Assembly (NCBI GenBank): GCA_951406725.2
Contig: OX597819.1
Span: 23,312,001 to 23,376,000, forward strand
Direction: 5' to 3'
DNA: 64,000 bases
Source of the DNA: Octopus vulgaris
Lineage: Eukaryota
The notes beneath the pieces are model-generated. The model was not told where the DNA came from and did no database searches. It saw nothing but the letters and a program-made list of their open reading frames with translations. The position numbers and the translations under genes are program-made. This document shows positions 11,327 through 27,300 of this stretch, piece by piece; the first letter of the stretch is position 1; each line of letters opens with the position of its first letter.

Positions 11327-12934
11327 ATTATGAGTCTAATACAAACATTGCAATGATTTTCAGTAATGTACGGTGATGTGGATGTGTATACGTAGGTCAT
11401 TCTAAAGTTAAATCATACAAATGTTTTATGCTGGTGTCCTTAATTATACAGCGATCATTAAGAAATGTGAATATATAGTGTTATTTATATAAAAGGTAAT
11501 GATTTAATGAAATATGCAATATGCGGCGTCAGGCGGATATGGATGTCTGTAACGTATCAGAATAAGTTTAGTTTATTTGCAACAAATTCTGTCTATTGTG
11601 ACATGTAAAGTTTAACTTCCTATTTAAGAAGGATGTTCAGTGATTATGCTGAATTTCTTTGATGAGCAAAAGTTTTTCATCCATTCCTTAAAATTGTTGC
11701 TAAACCAAGATTATTTTACATATTTGTAGGTGTTCTTTTCTTTGATATTATAACTCCATATAAATGTAAAATCTTGATATTATTATTTTTGAGACATGAT
11801 TCAATGACTACTGTGGTGTAAATGGAGAAGTTTCTGCTAGGACAATGGATGAGGTTTTTTTGTTGTGTTTGGTAAAGGCACGCTAGATGAAGCTTACTAT
11901 AACTAGCAACGAATCGCTAGTGTTGCGCAGATTTCATAAAGTATCAAACAGTTAAACAGTATCAAACAGTATCAAACAGTTAAACAAACAGTATCAGTTA
12001 TTACAAACTGTTCTAGGCGTCTTGCACCATCAGAAGTCGACTAGAATTTGATTTTATTTGATTACAGAATGTTCTGTATAATATGTAATGGCATATTTCA
12101 AAGATAACAAAAAACGATACCTTTGATTACAATATTTCTATTAAACGTTATTTTCAGTCAATCTTATGTTTGTTCAGTGTTAATAGGAGCCATTTTTTTA
12201 ACGTCGTCTGCTGAACTGTTTCTACAAAACTAACAATGAGACACGTTTCAAATAGTTTTCACATTATCTTTTAAAAGTTTTAGGAGTTTCCTTTACGCCT
12301 TGGTATGCCAACTGTACTTCAGTTTTGAAATATATAACAGTTAATGTATTACCGTTAGATGTATTGTTATAATGCGCATTTATATTTCATTGCTCTTTTT
12401 TTTATATTTTGATAATGCTATATCACGTTGATTTCCCGATTTTATATCGGATGAAACAACAGCGCTCGCAATATGAGAGCTATTTTCTAAATCAGATTTA
12501 GCATTATGAATCTCAATAATACAATTCTATCTTTTATATAAGTTCACTATATCACAATATTCTGTTCTAAAATACACGACGCCCGACTTCAGAAATCGCA
12601 TATTTCCTGTCTCTTCACTTTCAGCGATAATGCCTGCAGTAGTTATGTCAAAGCTAAGTTAATAAAACTGGCGAATTTATATTGATACCATGAAATATGA
12701 AAAGGGAATATTATTATTTTTCTTTTAGTCGATTATTTCAATTTCTCACTTATGCAGTAAAATAGTTTCCTATTGATTTAGATTTAAAGCAAACATGAAT
12801 CTAATATCTGTGTTATAGCAACAGCGTTCCAGACTGTCACAATTGTCGATTGCCTCATGTGTTTACCAATTCCCGTTGGTTAGCATGCTCAGCGTCATTA
12901 GCCATTTAGTAGGATCTGCTTTTTATATATTGAC

Positions 12935-14167
<1,233 letters not shown>

Positions 14168-14211
14168 GGGAGGCGCAACTTTGTCGTCGTAACCGACGGA
14201 GTGCTTCCAGA

Positions 14212-14528
14212 GAGGCGCAATGGCCCAGTGGTTAGGACTCGCGGTCGGAAGATCGCAGTTTCGATTCCCAGACCGGGCGTTGTGTGTGTTTATTGCGCGA
14301 AAACAGCTAAAGCTCCACGAGTAACCGGCAGGGGTGGGGTGGGGGAGTTGCGACCCCTGTTGTACTCTTTCGCCCCAACTTTCTCTCACTCTTTCTTCCT
14401 GTTCCTTGAGTGACGCTGCGATGGACTGGCGTCCCGTCCAGCTGGGGGGAACACACATATGCCACATAAACTGGGAAACCGAGCTCATGAGCCTGGCTAG
14501 GCTTGAAAAGGGCGCATAAATAAAAAAA
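14212..14528 (+). mobile_element. tRNA-derived SINE family C with Meta-domain-like body
   Basis: Head gaggcgcaatggcccagtggttagg...gtttcgattccc, body gctgcgatggactggcgtcccgtccag, A-rich end. Confidence 0.8.
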
Positions 14529-14543
14529 CTAAAATGTATATAC

Positions 14544-14588
<45 letters not shown>

Positions 14589-15204
14589 TGCGAGTTTCCT
14601 GCATAAGTTTGAGAGTGTGAGTGGAGGAGAAGACGTGTGCTTGCAACTGAAATTATGTCAGTGTGTGCGTACTTGAGTGTATGTTTGTGTGGGTATGTGA
14701 GAGTATGCATGTGTGTTTGTGATTAATTGTTTTAAGCACATTACTAGCGAGTGATTCAAATTTACAATGATACAAATAGATTATTCAGCACAAGTATTTG
14801 TGACATCTCATTAGTATTCAGCCTGCTGAGAAAGCGAGTTAGTGACTGAACCCCCTACTATCAGAATCATTAGTATCTTAGTTTCAAATCGACCTCGTTT
14901 ACACTGACATGTTAATGCAACATAACGACAGTAATGCCAGCAGCTGTGCAAAACTTTTACCTGCATTCAACGATTTTATCGTATTGTGTGCTGCCCAGCA
15001 GTCGATCGCCTTAGCATAGAGTTAAAAAACAACAATACCTTGGCGATGATCTGTCATTTTGGCAAACGAAATCTCTATAAATATTATTGTTTAAAAGCAC
15101 ACACATATACACGCATATATGCATGTACATATATGTATGTATATACATCTATAAGTATACAGATACAGATAGATAAATAAATAAATACATACATATAATA
15201 TTAT

Positions 15205-15676
<472 letters not shown>

Positions 15677-16149
15677 TTTTATTACATTATATATACATAA
15701 TGCATAATGCATATATATATATATATATATACCGTTGTCTGTATATGTATATATGTGTATATATATAAGTATATATATGTACATAAGGCTAAATCTGGGG
15801 ACACGAGAATTTATAAGAGAATGTGCAAATACCAGTGTTTTCTTATGATGTTGATTTTAATATCAGAAATAATTACTGCTGTTATATTGGTGGCTACACA
15901 AGTAAAATCTGCATCGATCACGAGAAATATCTAGCAACCTATCAGTATGGATTTAAAGAGAAGATTCCAATGCATGCGTATTCACAAATGCCGTTGGCTG
16001 TCAAAAACAAATATCCATCACATGGCAAAGAGAATGTTTCTGAAAATTGAGAACCCATTCGTTGAAAACTAAGTCAACTTCAATAAATGATTTGGAAATA
16101 AAAAAAAAATATGCCAGAAGTGAATTAAAACTTCAATAAATGTTGTGTA

Positions 16150-16395
16150 AAGGTGCGTGGATTAGGAATTATCATATATCGCTCACAATCGCATAAGATC
16201 GTCGTTTCGATTCATGGACTGGGTGGTGTGTTGTACTCTTCAACAAAACGGTTCGTTTCACGTTGCACCTGTCCACTCAGCTGAAAATGAGTAACCCTAC
16301 GACCGACTGGCTTCCTGTTGAAGGAGGGTCTTGTGATCAGAGTCACTTATATGCCAGCGAAACTAGGTAACCAGCTCTATAACTTTTAGGACTCG
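16150..16395 (+). mobile_element. Old, degenerate tRNA SINE (Meta-like)
   Basis: B-box gtttcgattc; gtccactcagctg..aatgagtaaccctacgaccgactggc. Confidence 0.5.
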
Positions 16396-16615
16396 ATACT
16401 GACATATCTTGGGATTCATAATGATAATGATGATGATGATGGTGATGAATTTATACATACATATATATATATATTCATTTAAAGAAGAAAATGGAGATTG
16501 TGAAGTTAATAATTGCTTATTATTAACAGTAAATTGGTTATCTTCAGTATTTTCTAGGATGAAAACATCCCTTCATGAGCTTAACAAAACCTCTAATTAA
16601 ACATATATATATATA

Positions 16616-17480
16616 TAGGAGGTCTGCCTGAAAAGTAACGGGGCACGATGTGTCGTGTGATCTATGGGCGAAAGAGAGATAAGCGGATTGTGTTATCATC
16701 TAACATAATATCTTGGGTGTATATAACTGTAGTCTTAGCTTTCTGTAACCATTACATGATATTTCATATGCTTTTGTTTACATCTCATCTTTTTCAGGTC
16801 GTTCACCTATGAGCCCTGAAGAACGAATAATGAACACCGAACAACGAACAAACCTAATATTTTGGGTCTGGTTGGTGAAAACTCCGTCACAAGGACTTGT
16901 CACGCACAAACACCATGTCACGCACATATGTTTTTGAGTGGCACAAGAGGTTCAAAGAGGGTCGCAATGAGGTTCGAAGATGACTCAAGGTGCAGGGGCC
17001 TTCAAAATGCAGGACTGAGGACAACGTCGAGCAGTCAATCAGCAAGTCTACAACGAGATTCTGCGAGTTTGCTTCGCTCAGTGCGCGAGAAGGGAATATA
17101 GTTGTGTCAGGACAAATTGTGGCTGCTTCACCACGACAATGCTCCTTCTCACAACACCCCGAGCATCCGGCAGATCCTGACCGAGAAGAACATCGCCGTA
17201 CTGAAACAGTCTCTCAATCTATTCACATGATCTTGCTCTGCGTGAATTTTTCTTTCTCCAAAGCTCGAGGTAATCGTCAAGGCAACCCGTTTTGAAGGCG
17301 TGGAGATCATCAAGAGGGCCGCAACGACGTAGCTGAGGGACATTCCAGATGAATCCTTCCAGCAGTGCTTAGAAGCATGCAGAGAAGAAAGGAAAAGAGG
17401 AAAACCATGAAGAACTATGTTTGAAATTGAAATAAATTATTTGTAACATCAGTCCCTTAACTTTTCATACAAACCTCGTA
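16616..17480 (+). mobile_element. Internally deleted mariner
   Basis: Degenerate TIRs taggaggtctgcctgaaaagt / acttttcatacaaacctcgta. Transposase remnants EQRTNL, EWHKRFKEGR, HHDNAPSH. Confidence 0.85.
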
Positions 17481-17520
17481 TATATATTATTTATTTTATA
17501 TTCTTATATATTCTTATATT

Positions 17521-17646
17521 CTCACAAGGCTTTGGTTGGCCCGACGTTATAGTAGGAGACACTTGGCCAAGGTGCCACACAGTGGCACTGAACGTGGGGC
17601 CATGTGGTTAGGAAGGAAGCTTCTTACCACTCTGCCGTGCCTGCGA
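17521..17646 (-). mobile_element. SINE family B head fragment
   Basis: Reverse complement of the family B head. Confidence 0.75.
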
Positions 17647-17689
17647 AATATATATCTATGCATGTATATAGATAGATAGGTAGATATGT

Positions 17690-17945
<256 letters not shown>

Positions 17946-18128
17946 TATCAGTAGTTCATATATCCGATAAAGAAGCACACACTAAAGCATTAGAGCAGTA
18001 ATGTATTTTTAAGGAAGTTAAAATGTATAGTGACCAATGGTTTTACACCTACAAAGCGCCTGGCAGTGTAAGCGTTTTATAGGTACGAAAACAATGTTCA
18101 CTCTAATACCGGTCATAACCTCTAACTG

Positions 18129-18183
<55 letters not shown>

Positions 18184-18379
18184 AACAATGGAGGTTTAGT
18201 TGGCAGGTGATCTAAACGATTAGGTATGCTAGGTAAGTGCTGTAACGGATTATTAGGGCTCCAAGTTTGTAGCCGAGACGGTAGTTATGGAGCCATTGTA
18301 GATTTCCGATATAGCAGGTATATAATTGTTAAAGAGGACAACAAACATTAAAGCAAGGCAAACATCTCAAGTCATGTAC

Positions 18380-18433
<54 letters not shown>

Positions 18434-18460
18434 ATTATTATTATTGGAAAAAGATTCAAA

Positions 18461-18516
18461 GTCTTACAGCTGTTTCTGGGATATCCCAGAGTATGCGCTA
18501 TTCCGTCATCGGAGAC
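18461..18516 (-). ncRNA. Degenerate hammerhead motif
   Basis: GUCU-CCGAUGA-C...-GAAA-CAGCUG-UA/-AGAC. Core has U4C and stem II is weak; stem III is palindromic. Confidence 0.55.
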
Positions 18517-18581
18517 AAATAGGTAAAATGAGAAGGTACTTGAGATGTTTGCCTTGCCTTAACGTCTGTTGTCCTTTGTCG

Positions 18582-18618
<37 letters not shown>

Positions 18619-18934
18619 TTATTCCGTTCGGTACGTAGCAGAGTATAAAATAGTGCTCGTTCATCCTAAGAATTACGAAGTCTAGATTTGGACATTCTTC
18701 GCGTGTAAAAATATAATTGAATTAGGGTCATACAATATAGTTTTTCATATACACAGGAATTTGATTATGCAACCGTTTACCTGTATAATGGGGATCCAGT
18801 TGTATTTCTTTAGGTTTTATTCAAATTTGTGTATATATGAAGAACTATGGAAACATATATGCTGTGATTAAAAAATAACTATCCAACCGTACTGTTTATT
18901 GTTGACTCTATCTTATTCGATTACATATATATAC

Positions 18935-18989
<55 letters not shown>

Positions 18990-19190
18990 GCCATGATAGA
19001 TCGTTAGCCGCTACACACATTTTTTCTCTCCTTGTTTCTCTCCTTGTTTTTTCTGTGCCCCTTTCTGTAGAAGAGCGTAGGCTCGAAACGTAAAAGACTT
19101 TTTCTATTCCTGAGCGTTATACTAATACATCTGTTTGTTTTGTACACCACCTGCCTTCGTCTTTTGTTTTTTTTTTCGTAAACTCTCCCT
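18990..19190 (+). mobile_element. Short PLE-like terminal-repeat element with hammerhead-like motif at 19061-19096
   Basis: Same family as 9495-9692. CUUU-CUGUAGAA-GAGC(guag)GCUC-GAAA-CG-UA/-AAAG. Flanked by (TA)n and (CA)n. Confidence 0.7.
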
Positions 19191-19192
19191 AT

Positions 19193-19283
<91 letters not shown>

Positions 19284-19981
19284 AATATATACATATTTAT
19301 ATACATGCATACTTTCATACATATATGGGATCTATAGTGGTTGTTGTATTGAGAAAAATCAATTGGCAATGTCCTAATGCTTAAGTAAAGGGGGTGAAGA
19401 GTGGAACGAAAATAAGTGGAAAATATGTCACAATATGCATATGTTTTACCTATATAATTAACCTCACTTTCTCTATAGATTTTATCACCGCAAGAATGTA
19501 TTCTGAGGAAATATCCGCACGTATATAAATATAGAAATATCTATAATTATATGTATAGAACATCAACCCAACACTGATCATATTAAACATAAGATATTCT
19601 CAAGCAACAAAAACCGAATTCACTCACGCGCGTGCTGGCAAGTACTCCATACACATGCACATGCAGCTCAATGTGTGTATACGTGTTGATCTATATGTAT
19701 CTGTACCTGTGTGAATATGCCTATATATAATATATATACATATATCTATATATGTGCGAGTGTGTGTGTGTGCAAGTGTGTGTGTATGTGTGTGTGTGTG
19801 TGTGTGAAAAGGTTGAATTATATTTCGTCCTTTAATTTGGAGGATTCCAAAAAAGATTTCTAATAAAGAATCTTCATATTTTGCTGGTAGCTTCCTGGCG
19901 TAAGTTTGCGAATATGAAAATTATACAAATTTATTGAGTTTTATAGAATTTCTTTCCATAAATTAGCTTAACACACATTAC

Positions 19982-20050
<69 letters not shown>

Positions 20051-20112
20051 ATAGAAATGGCAAGACAACAAAAGAATGAAAGAGACCTCGATATTATGTA
20101 AATAGAGGAATT

Positions 20113-20284
20113 TATCTATAAATATAATATGTGACAATTATTCAGTAGCCATGATAAAACTCCGAGTTTCGGATGTCGGGACGGAAACCCATGCCGCCAT
20201 CTCTTCAGTTATCGGGCCCGACATCCGAAACTCGGAGTTTTATCATAGCCACCGAATAATTGTCACATATTATATTTACAGATA
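20113..20284. repeat. Inverted repeat (~68-bp arms) between (TA)n tracts
   Basis: 20113-20180 is the reverse complement of 20217-20284, with a few mismatches. Confidence 0.9.
20153..20213 (-). ncRNA. Minimal hammerhead ribozyme, canonical core
   Basis: GAUAA-CUGAAGA-GAUG...CAUC(C)-GAAA-CUC(g)GAG-UU/-UUAUC. Confidence 0.72.
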
Positions 20285-20339
20285 TATATATATATATATA
20301 ATATAATAAAATGAAATTATTGTATACAGTATACAGGTG

Positions 20340-20393
<54 letters not shown>

Positions 20394-20449
20394 TATACAT
20401 ACATATGTAATTATATATATATATATATACATATATATACATACATATG

Positions 20450-20485
<36 letters not shown>

Positions 20486-20491
20486 AATATG

Positions 20492-20531
<40 letters not shown>

Positions 20532-20537
20532 CATATG

Positions 20538-20572
<35 letters not shown>

Positions 20573-21299
20573 AGATATACACATAAATATGCATGTATGT
20601 ATTTGAAACTTTTTGTCAACGACTAAACAGAGTTAAAGTATTAAAATATCTTCTCACCTTACATATGAAGACTTGATTATGGGATTCAGGTGTTTGGCAA
20701 TGTCGTATACCTCAACGTTGTAGCTACGTTTTCTACATTGGTAAGAAGAGTGGATAACACAATATACTTCACTCAATAAGGGTAACAAGTATACAGTCCA
20801 AGACAGTTTCCTCAATAAACCTAACAAGTTGTACAAAACAGTTCAAAGAATTAGTGAGAATGTATGTGTTTATAACAATGTCTCAATGTGAGAATATATG
20901 TCGTAGGTTTTATCATTAAATGTAGTGTTGGTATACGTAACATAAGATAGTTCCTCAATAAATGTAGCGATAGTGTAGTGCAGGAAAGTTTCCGCAACAC
21001 GTGCATTGAACGTATGGTACAAGTTTATTCAATAAGTGTAGTGAATGTGTATGTAGTTCAAGACAGTTTTCTCAATAAATTTCCATGCATTGCGTAGGAG
21101 TGAACGCAGTTAATATAAGCCGCTGGCAGTTGTTTAATGTACAGGACACAAAGAGAAAGACAAAGCGACAGATAGACAGACAGTTAGTAAGAGAGACACA
21201 GAAAGTGAGAGGTGGAGAGAGTGGGCGGACAGAGAGAGTCAGAAATAAAAAGACAGAGAGTTATTTTCCGTCCGAAAATGATGCTTACAAATATATATA

Positions 21300-21536
21300 C
21301 TCCTTACTCTCTTTTACTCTTTTACTTGTTTCAGTCATTTGACTGCGGCCATGCTGGAGCACCACCTTTAGTCGAGCAAATCGACCCCAGGACTTATTCT
21401 TTGTAAGCCTAGTACTTATTCTGTTGGTCTCTCTCTTTTGCCGAACCGCTAAGTTACGGGGACGTAAACACACCAACATCGATTGTCAAACGATGTTGGG
21501 GGACAAACACAGACACACAAACATACACACACAACA

Positions 21537-21573
<37 letters not shown>

Positions 21574-21721
21574 GACAGGCTCCTTTCAGTTTCCGCCTAC
21601 CAAATCCACCGACTCGAGGCTATAGTAGAAGACACTTGCCCAAGGTGCCACGCAGTGGCACTGAACCCGGAACCATATGGTTGGTAAGCAAGCTACTTAC
21701 CACACACCCACTCTTACGTCT
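21300..21721 (-). mobile_element. SINE family B
   Basis: Full reverse-complement copy with internal (TA)n. Confidence 0.9.
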
Positions 21722-21992
21722 ATATGTTTAATATTAAATAAAGTTAGTAGTAATCACTGATAATCTTCCTCAACAAAATTTATTTCGAGACAAGATTTTA
21801 AAGTTTAGTAGATTTCCCTTTATTGGTGAGAGAGTATACTAAGAGCTAAGCTATTAAAAATTTAACGAAGTATTCCTATTGCTCACAGTTAACTTCTTGT
21901 CTATAAATCAATTTAAAATAGCTCTTAACTTCTGAATTTACAGGTGAAAATGTTGTCTATCGAGGTGTCAAGTTAGTATTACGCAGACATAA

Positions 21993-22795
21993 GGGCGGCG
22001 AGCTGGCAGAATCGTTAGCACGCCGGGCGAAGTGCTTAGCGGTATTTCGTCTGCCGTTACGTTCTGAGTTCAAATTCCGTCGAGGTCGACTTTCCTTGTC
22101 ATCCTTTAGGGGTCGATTAAATAATTACCAGTTACACACTGGGGTCGATATAATCGACTGAATCCGTTTGTCTGTCCTTGTTTGTCCTCTCTGTGTTTAG
22201 CCCCTTGTGGGTAGTAAAGAAATAGGCATTTTGTCTGCCGTTACGTTCTGAGTTCAAATTCCGCCGAGGTTGACTTTGCCTTTCATCCTTTCGGGGTCGA
22301 TTAAATAAGTACCAGTTACACACTGGGATCGATATAATCGACTGAATCCGTTTGTCTGTCCTTGCTTGTCCTCTCTGTGTTTAGCCCCTTGTGGGTAGTA
22401 AAGAAATAGGTATTTTGTCTGCCGTTACGTTCTGAGTTCAAATTCCGCCGAGGTTGACTTTGCCTTTCATCCTTTCGGGGTCGATTAAATAAGTAACAGT
22501 TACACACTGGGGTCGATATAATCGACTTAATCCGTTTGTCTGTCCTTGTTCGTCCCCTCTATCTTTAGCCCCTTTTGGGCAATAAAGAAATAAGAATCGT
22601 TAGCCCGGCGGGCGAAATGCTAAGCGGTATTTCTTCCAAGTTTATGTTTTGAATTCAAATGCTGCCGATTTCCACTTTGTCTTTCATCCTTCCGTGGTCG
22701 ATTAAATAAATAGCAGTTGAGTACCAAGGTCGATGTAATCAACTTAGCCCCTCCTCTGAAATTACTGGCCTTGTGCCAAACTTTGAAACCAATAT
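21993..22795 (+). mobile_element. SINE family A, tandem multimer (3+ units)
   Basis: One head followed by ~184-bp repeats and a degenerate fourth unit. Confidence 0.92.
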
Positions 22796-23199
22796 TACAC
22801 AGACATGCGTTCCAAGCTTTCATTCCTGTCACTGAATCTTCTTTCCTAATCTACAGTTATATTCCAAAGTGTATAAAATCTAAAATACTTAATTACTTGC
22901 AACAGAATGTCGGAAAATTATATATGTATTAAGAAAGCTAATTAGATTGTGTGACACTCATGCCATTCTCAAAAGATCTAGTAGAAGATGTAGAAGATGT
23001 AGAAGATGCTATTTATTTCAACCGTGAAACAAAACCATGCCATTTTACAGGGAACCATTTTGTCAATCAGTTCCCCTCCACCCACTGAGATTGTCTTTCC
23101 ATTGCAGTAATGAGTGAACGCAAGTTATTGGCCAAATGATATTTAATCGACTTCGATAATTTAAGAACGATCCTGATTGGATTCAGTGTTTTCGCAATC

Positions 23200-23445
23200 A
23201 ATTTGAAGTGGATCGGTAGCACAATTAGAACAGACACACCAAATGTAGGGAAAAGTGCTTTACAGTGGAATCCAGATGGATATAGAAAGAAAGGTAGGCC
23301 TAAGAACTCGTGTCGTAGATCAACAGAAAAGGAACTAGAGAAATGGGGGACATTCATGGCAGAGTATAAGTACAGAAGCGAAATATTATGCGACATGGAA
23401 TTCAATTATAAGTGGCCTACACTCCGCGTTGGAGGGATAAAGGCA
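23200..23445 (+). mobile_element. RTE-like LINE 3' remnant
   Basis: KWIGSTIR...ALQWNPDGYRKKGRPKNSCRRS. Confidence 0.75.
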
Positions 23446-24529
23446 GAAAAGAAAAGAACTGATTGGATTCGAACTAAGAACGTAAACAAAGAAAATTATA
23501 TTTTGCAATATCTGAAAACTTGCCATCGCTTCTCGTGCGATAACATTAATATGTCATAGGAGTTCTTGCAGAATATGTGATTGTTCTCCCCGGTAGAAAT
23601 TTTTTACTATAGCAGTGAAAACATTTGAATAAAAAAAAAAAGCTACAGCAAACTATAGCTATAGAAAACTTCATCTATAGCTAATTTAATATGTATTCGT
23701 TAATACTGTCATCAACATCACGATTTTGTATAGCTGAAAGCTTTTTTCTTATAGGCAAATACTAAAGTGGTTTGTAGGAAGCACGATTCTCTAAAAAAAT
23801 TTTTCTTGAAAATATCTAAACAATAAATGAATAAACCATTAGTTTTCTAGGAGCTGAAGGATTTTTAATGTTAGTGCTTCGGGGTGAGACGTTAGTATAG
23901 AAGGAATATTTGGTGTTGTTCATTATCTTTATGATGAAACGTATTGTTGTAAATATGTTCAGAGAACATGAAAATAGGAATTGAAGGAAACGTACGGAAT
24001 AACCTGGAACTTTCTAAAATAGAAAAATTATCAAAATATCAACTTACACGAGAATGGAATGTTAAATGAATGAAGCAGACTTCATGTCAGTATTAATGTC
24101 TGCTTATCTATTTCTAACTCGCTCCAACTGTCTATTGATCGCTGACTCATGATATAATTTTAAATTATTGAAAGATTTAGAATATTCTTTTCAAATACTC
24201 TAGCTTTTTTTTTTCCTTCTTTTTATCCAATCTCTATACTGGAGCATTGTCTGGAAAGCAATCAGTTTCTATTTCAGTCGTAAATATGACGTAAGTCGTG
24301 TATGCGACACGATTTCGATTCCTCACCCGTAAGTTGAAAAGTCATTTTACCACAAGTACATATTTCAGCCAGTTTCAATTATGACTGGAGAAAAACAACG
24401 ATGAGCGAATAAAAATTCCTTTGAAATAGGAATATTAGTCATCTCGGAAACTGATAAAAATCCACTTGCTTTTCAGTATGAATACTTTAGTAGAATAAGT
24501 GACTAACATTGGTATTTTGTACGTATTAT

Positions 24530-24950
24530 ATGATTACGAAACGGTGTGAACAATATCTGGCCTATTGCAATTGCACCGGGTCGCTGTTTTTATCGGAATG
24601 CTCTACAAGTATTTTTGCTTTGTGGATATGTGTGGAAATATCCTGTTCGTAGATACATCCTGTTCATGGATACACTTTGTTCGTTGTGCACCAGGAAAAC
24701 AATTCTTCTTGTAGATAGCATTCTAAGTCTTTTCATGAACCATGTCATACGCCTGGGTAGAGATACGACAGGGATTTTTAGAATATTAATGATGGATTGG
24801 GTAACATCTCTACTATACTTGTAGAGCACAATCGATTTTTTTCTGTCGAAATGTAAAGACTAAGAGGCATCCTTATTTCTCTTATTGATCAGATATTTAG
24901 TATTTCCTTCTCTGAATAGGGAAGGTGTATCCTTATAGACAAGAAGTAAT
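24530..24950 (-). mobile_element. R4/Dong-clade remnant (CCHC to REL region)
   Basis: Across frames: NTKYLINKR...RLC...DVTQSII...LPRR/HDMV...SIPIKTATRCNCNRPDIV. Confidence 0.7.
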
Positions 24951-25079
24951 GTATCTATTATATGGATTTATGTATTATATCTATGTATATATGTACGTAC
25001 TATGTATGTATGCATGTATGTATGTATGTATGTATGTATGTATGTATGTATGTATGTATGTATGTATGTATGTATGTAG

Positions 25080-25280
25080 TGAATCCAAACAAAGAAGAAC
25101 AAACAAGAAAAAACAACAACGCGAGGACGTGGTACAAGTAATGTATTATCAGACGCTCAAGTTAAGGAAAGAAAGGGGATTTAATGTTTCGAGTAAAGCT
25201 CTTCTTCACAAATAGGGGAAAGTTCAAAAGAAAGGAAGACGGAGGAAGAAAATCGCCAACGATACACACGTGGTTACATA
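25080..25280 (-). mobile_element. PLE-like terminal repeat with degenerate hammerhead at 25179-25213
   Basis: AUUU-GUGAAGAA-GAG(cuuua)CUC-GAAA-CA-UU/-AAAU. Core has C3G. Same architecture as the 9559 and 19061 motifs. Confidence 0.5.
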
Positions 25281-27009
25281 TTGAAATGACCAGAAGCGAA
25301 TGGGCGAGGAAAAGTTCTTTCTAAGACAGGAGAGTGCAAGAGAAGGAGGTATGTGTGTGTATGTGTGGCTATGTGCGTGCGCCGCGCAGGTCTGTGTGTA
25401 TGTGTAATAATAGCACGTGTATATGCTTATGTGTGTGTGGTTTTGGCTGTTTATATGTGTGTCTGTGTGTGTGAGTGGACTTTGTGTTGCTTAATGTCGT
25501 AGAAAGAATTTATAGTAAGAATATTTTGGTAGAAATGGATGTCTTTTGTGTCTCCCTTCACATGTGCGTAGGAGAATGTTTATGTATGTATGTATGTATG
25601 TATGTATGTATGTATGTATGTATGTATGTATGTATACATGCATGTATGTATACATGCATGTATGTATGCACGCATGTATTCATGTAAGTATATATGTATA
25701 TTTGCTTTGTTTGTGAAAAGCTATGGATGCAAATGTCAATAGTATTGATCACGGTATTTTTGACAAAGAAACTATTCTTGACTTTCAATTGTATCGACCC
25801 CATTTGCGTCACTACTGTCTGTAATGAAGTCATAGAATGGTTCCATAACACTTCCTTCATGTTCAAATTTAAAGTGTTATAATAATTTTAAAATCACATG
25901 TATTTATTTGCAGATGTGTGATCGAGTACGTAACTAAGCATTAATCAACACTTTCTGTGTGTGAGGTGAAGATTTTCGCCACATTCTAATTCAGAAATCA
26001 TATGTTATATTGAGGACAGATGAAAAGCAACGTACTGCAGCCTACTCGCGCAGCTGCCGAAAGAAAAAGGAGAATTAGTTTCTGAACAGACACATATCTA
26101 TTTTAGTTTTTCAGTCATTTAACTGATTGCAGTCTGTGAGTCTTCTCTTGGCTATTGTCTGAAGTACTTTTTTATCTCAAACAATACGTTCGCTGAATTA
26201 ATAGGCTCGCACCAATCTGACATATGTATATTTCTTTGTCTATGTGTAAGAGTATTTGTGTTCTGTGACTACGTGAACGTTGAAGATGAAAAGAGAATAA
26301 TATGTTGGTTTATTGCTACGTAGGAACACTAATAGGTAGGTAAGGATATTGTGGAGGTGGGGAAGATGTTGATAAATGCCTTGGCAAGATGATGTAGGAA
26401 GAAATAAAAGAAATAGCTTCATACTTCTTTTTAGACGGAAACCTACGGCTTTGATCACTGTTCGGTCCTTCATCAAGAAAATAGAAGCTATCATCAAGAT
26501 ATTTTAGCGATTCATTACTTCATTGACTGATATAGCAGTAAGCTATATCAATTATTGTTTTTCTAAATCTTTTCAAGAAAAATGGTTTAGTAAGTATAGT
26601 TTTTACTTCACTGTTTATTTTAATGTGTCACATGACTAAATTAGACAAAGCAGATCAAAATTCCATTAATTTAAATGGTTCTAAAATAGACGCTTATGAG
26701 GAATATTTTTAGTGTAACGTTTTACGGAAAAGCGATTATCACATTTACTATTTTCGGCTTTGTCATTGTTGAGAAATGTTAATTCGTTCTTAATGCATGG
26801 ATTTTAAAGAAAACATTTTAGAGAAAATATTGTTCCCAAATATTTAGGGTAAACAGTTGTGTGCGGAGAGTTCTGTTCTGTAGTATTTTGTCCCTTCCAC
26901 CACGACACCACAGCTGCCCAGGACCATCCAGCAATGTGGGTGACAAAACTCCCGCATAACAATACCAGCTTTGTTAACTCTAGTGTTAGAATCTAGTCCA
27001 AACGTTTCT

Positions 27010-27300
27010 ATTATCCTCAATGTTCTTGATTCAGATAAATGTCTTGCTTTCTCAGAAGCTTCTGATATTTTTTCGTCTGGCAACCACTTTTCTTTCCTCC
27101 ACAGCTAATCCAAGATGCCTGAGCATTGAGTCAGCCTTCATTCCAACAAATACTCTGACACCTAACTCTGTAGGAAGGCATATAACTTTCCATCCATTAC
27201 TTTACATGTTCAACAGACCCACTATATTTTCTGTCACTGCTGAGGAAATATGGTTTAGTTTAATCCCATCAATTTTATTTAAGAAGAAATTATTCTTGTA
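27010..27300 (-). mobile_element. HERO/NeSL-like non-LTR, restriction-like endonuclease remnant
   Basis: GWKVICLPTELGVRVFVG..DSMLRHLG...RK / SEASEKARHL resembles GW...PVEVG.RGF...L..LG...AE.AS. Confidence 0.6.

Noticed and set aside
21993-22600. Regular repeats that might suggest a CRISPR array
   Set aside because: Tandem SINE units with no unique spacers, in a eukaryotic context with no cas genes.
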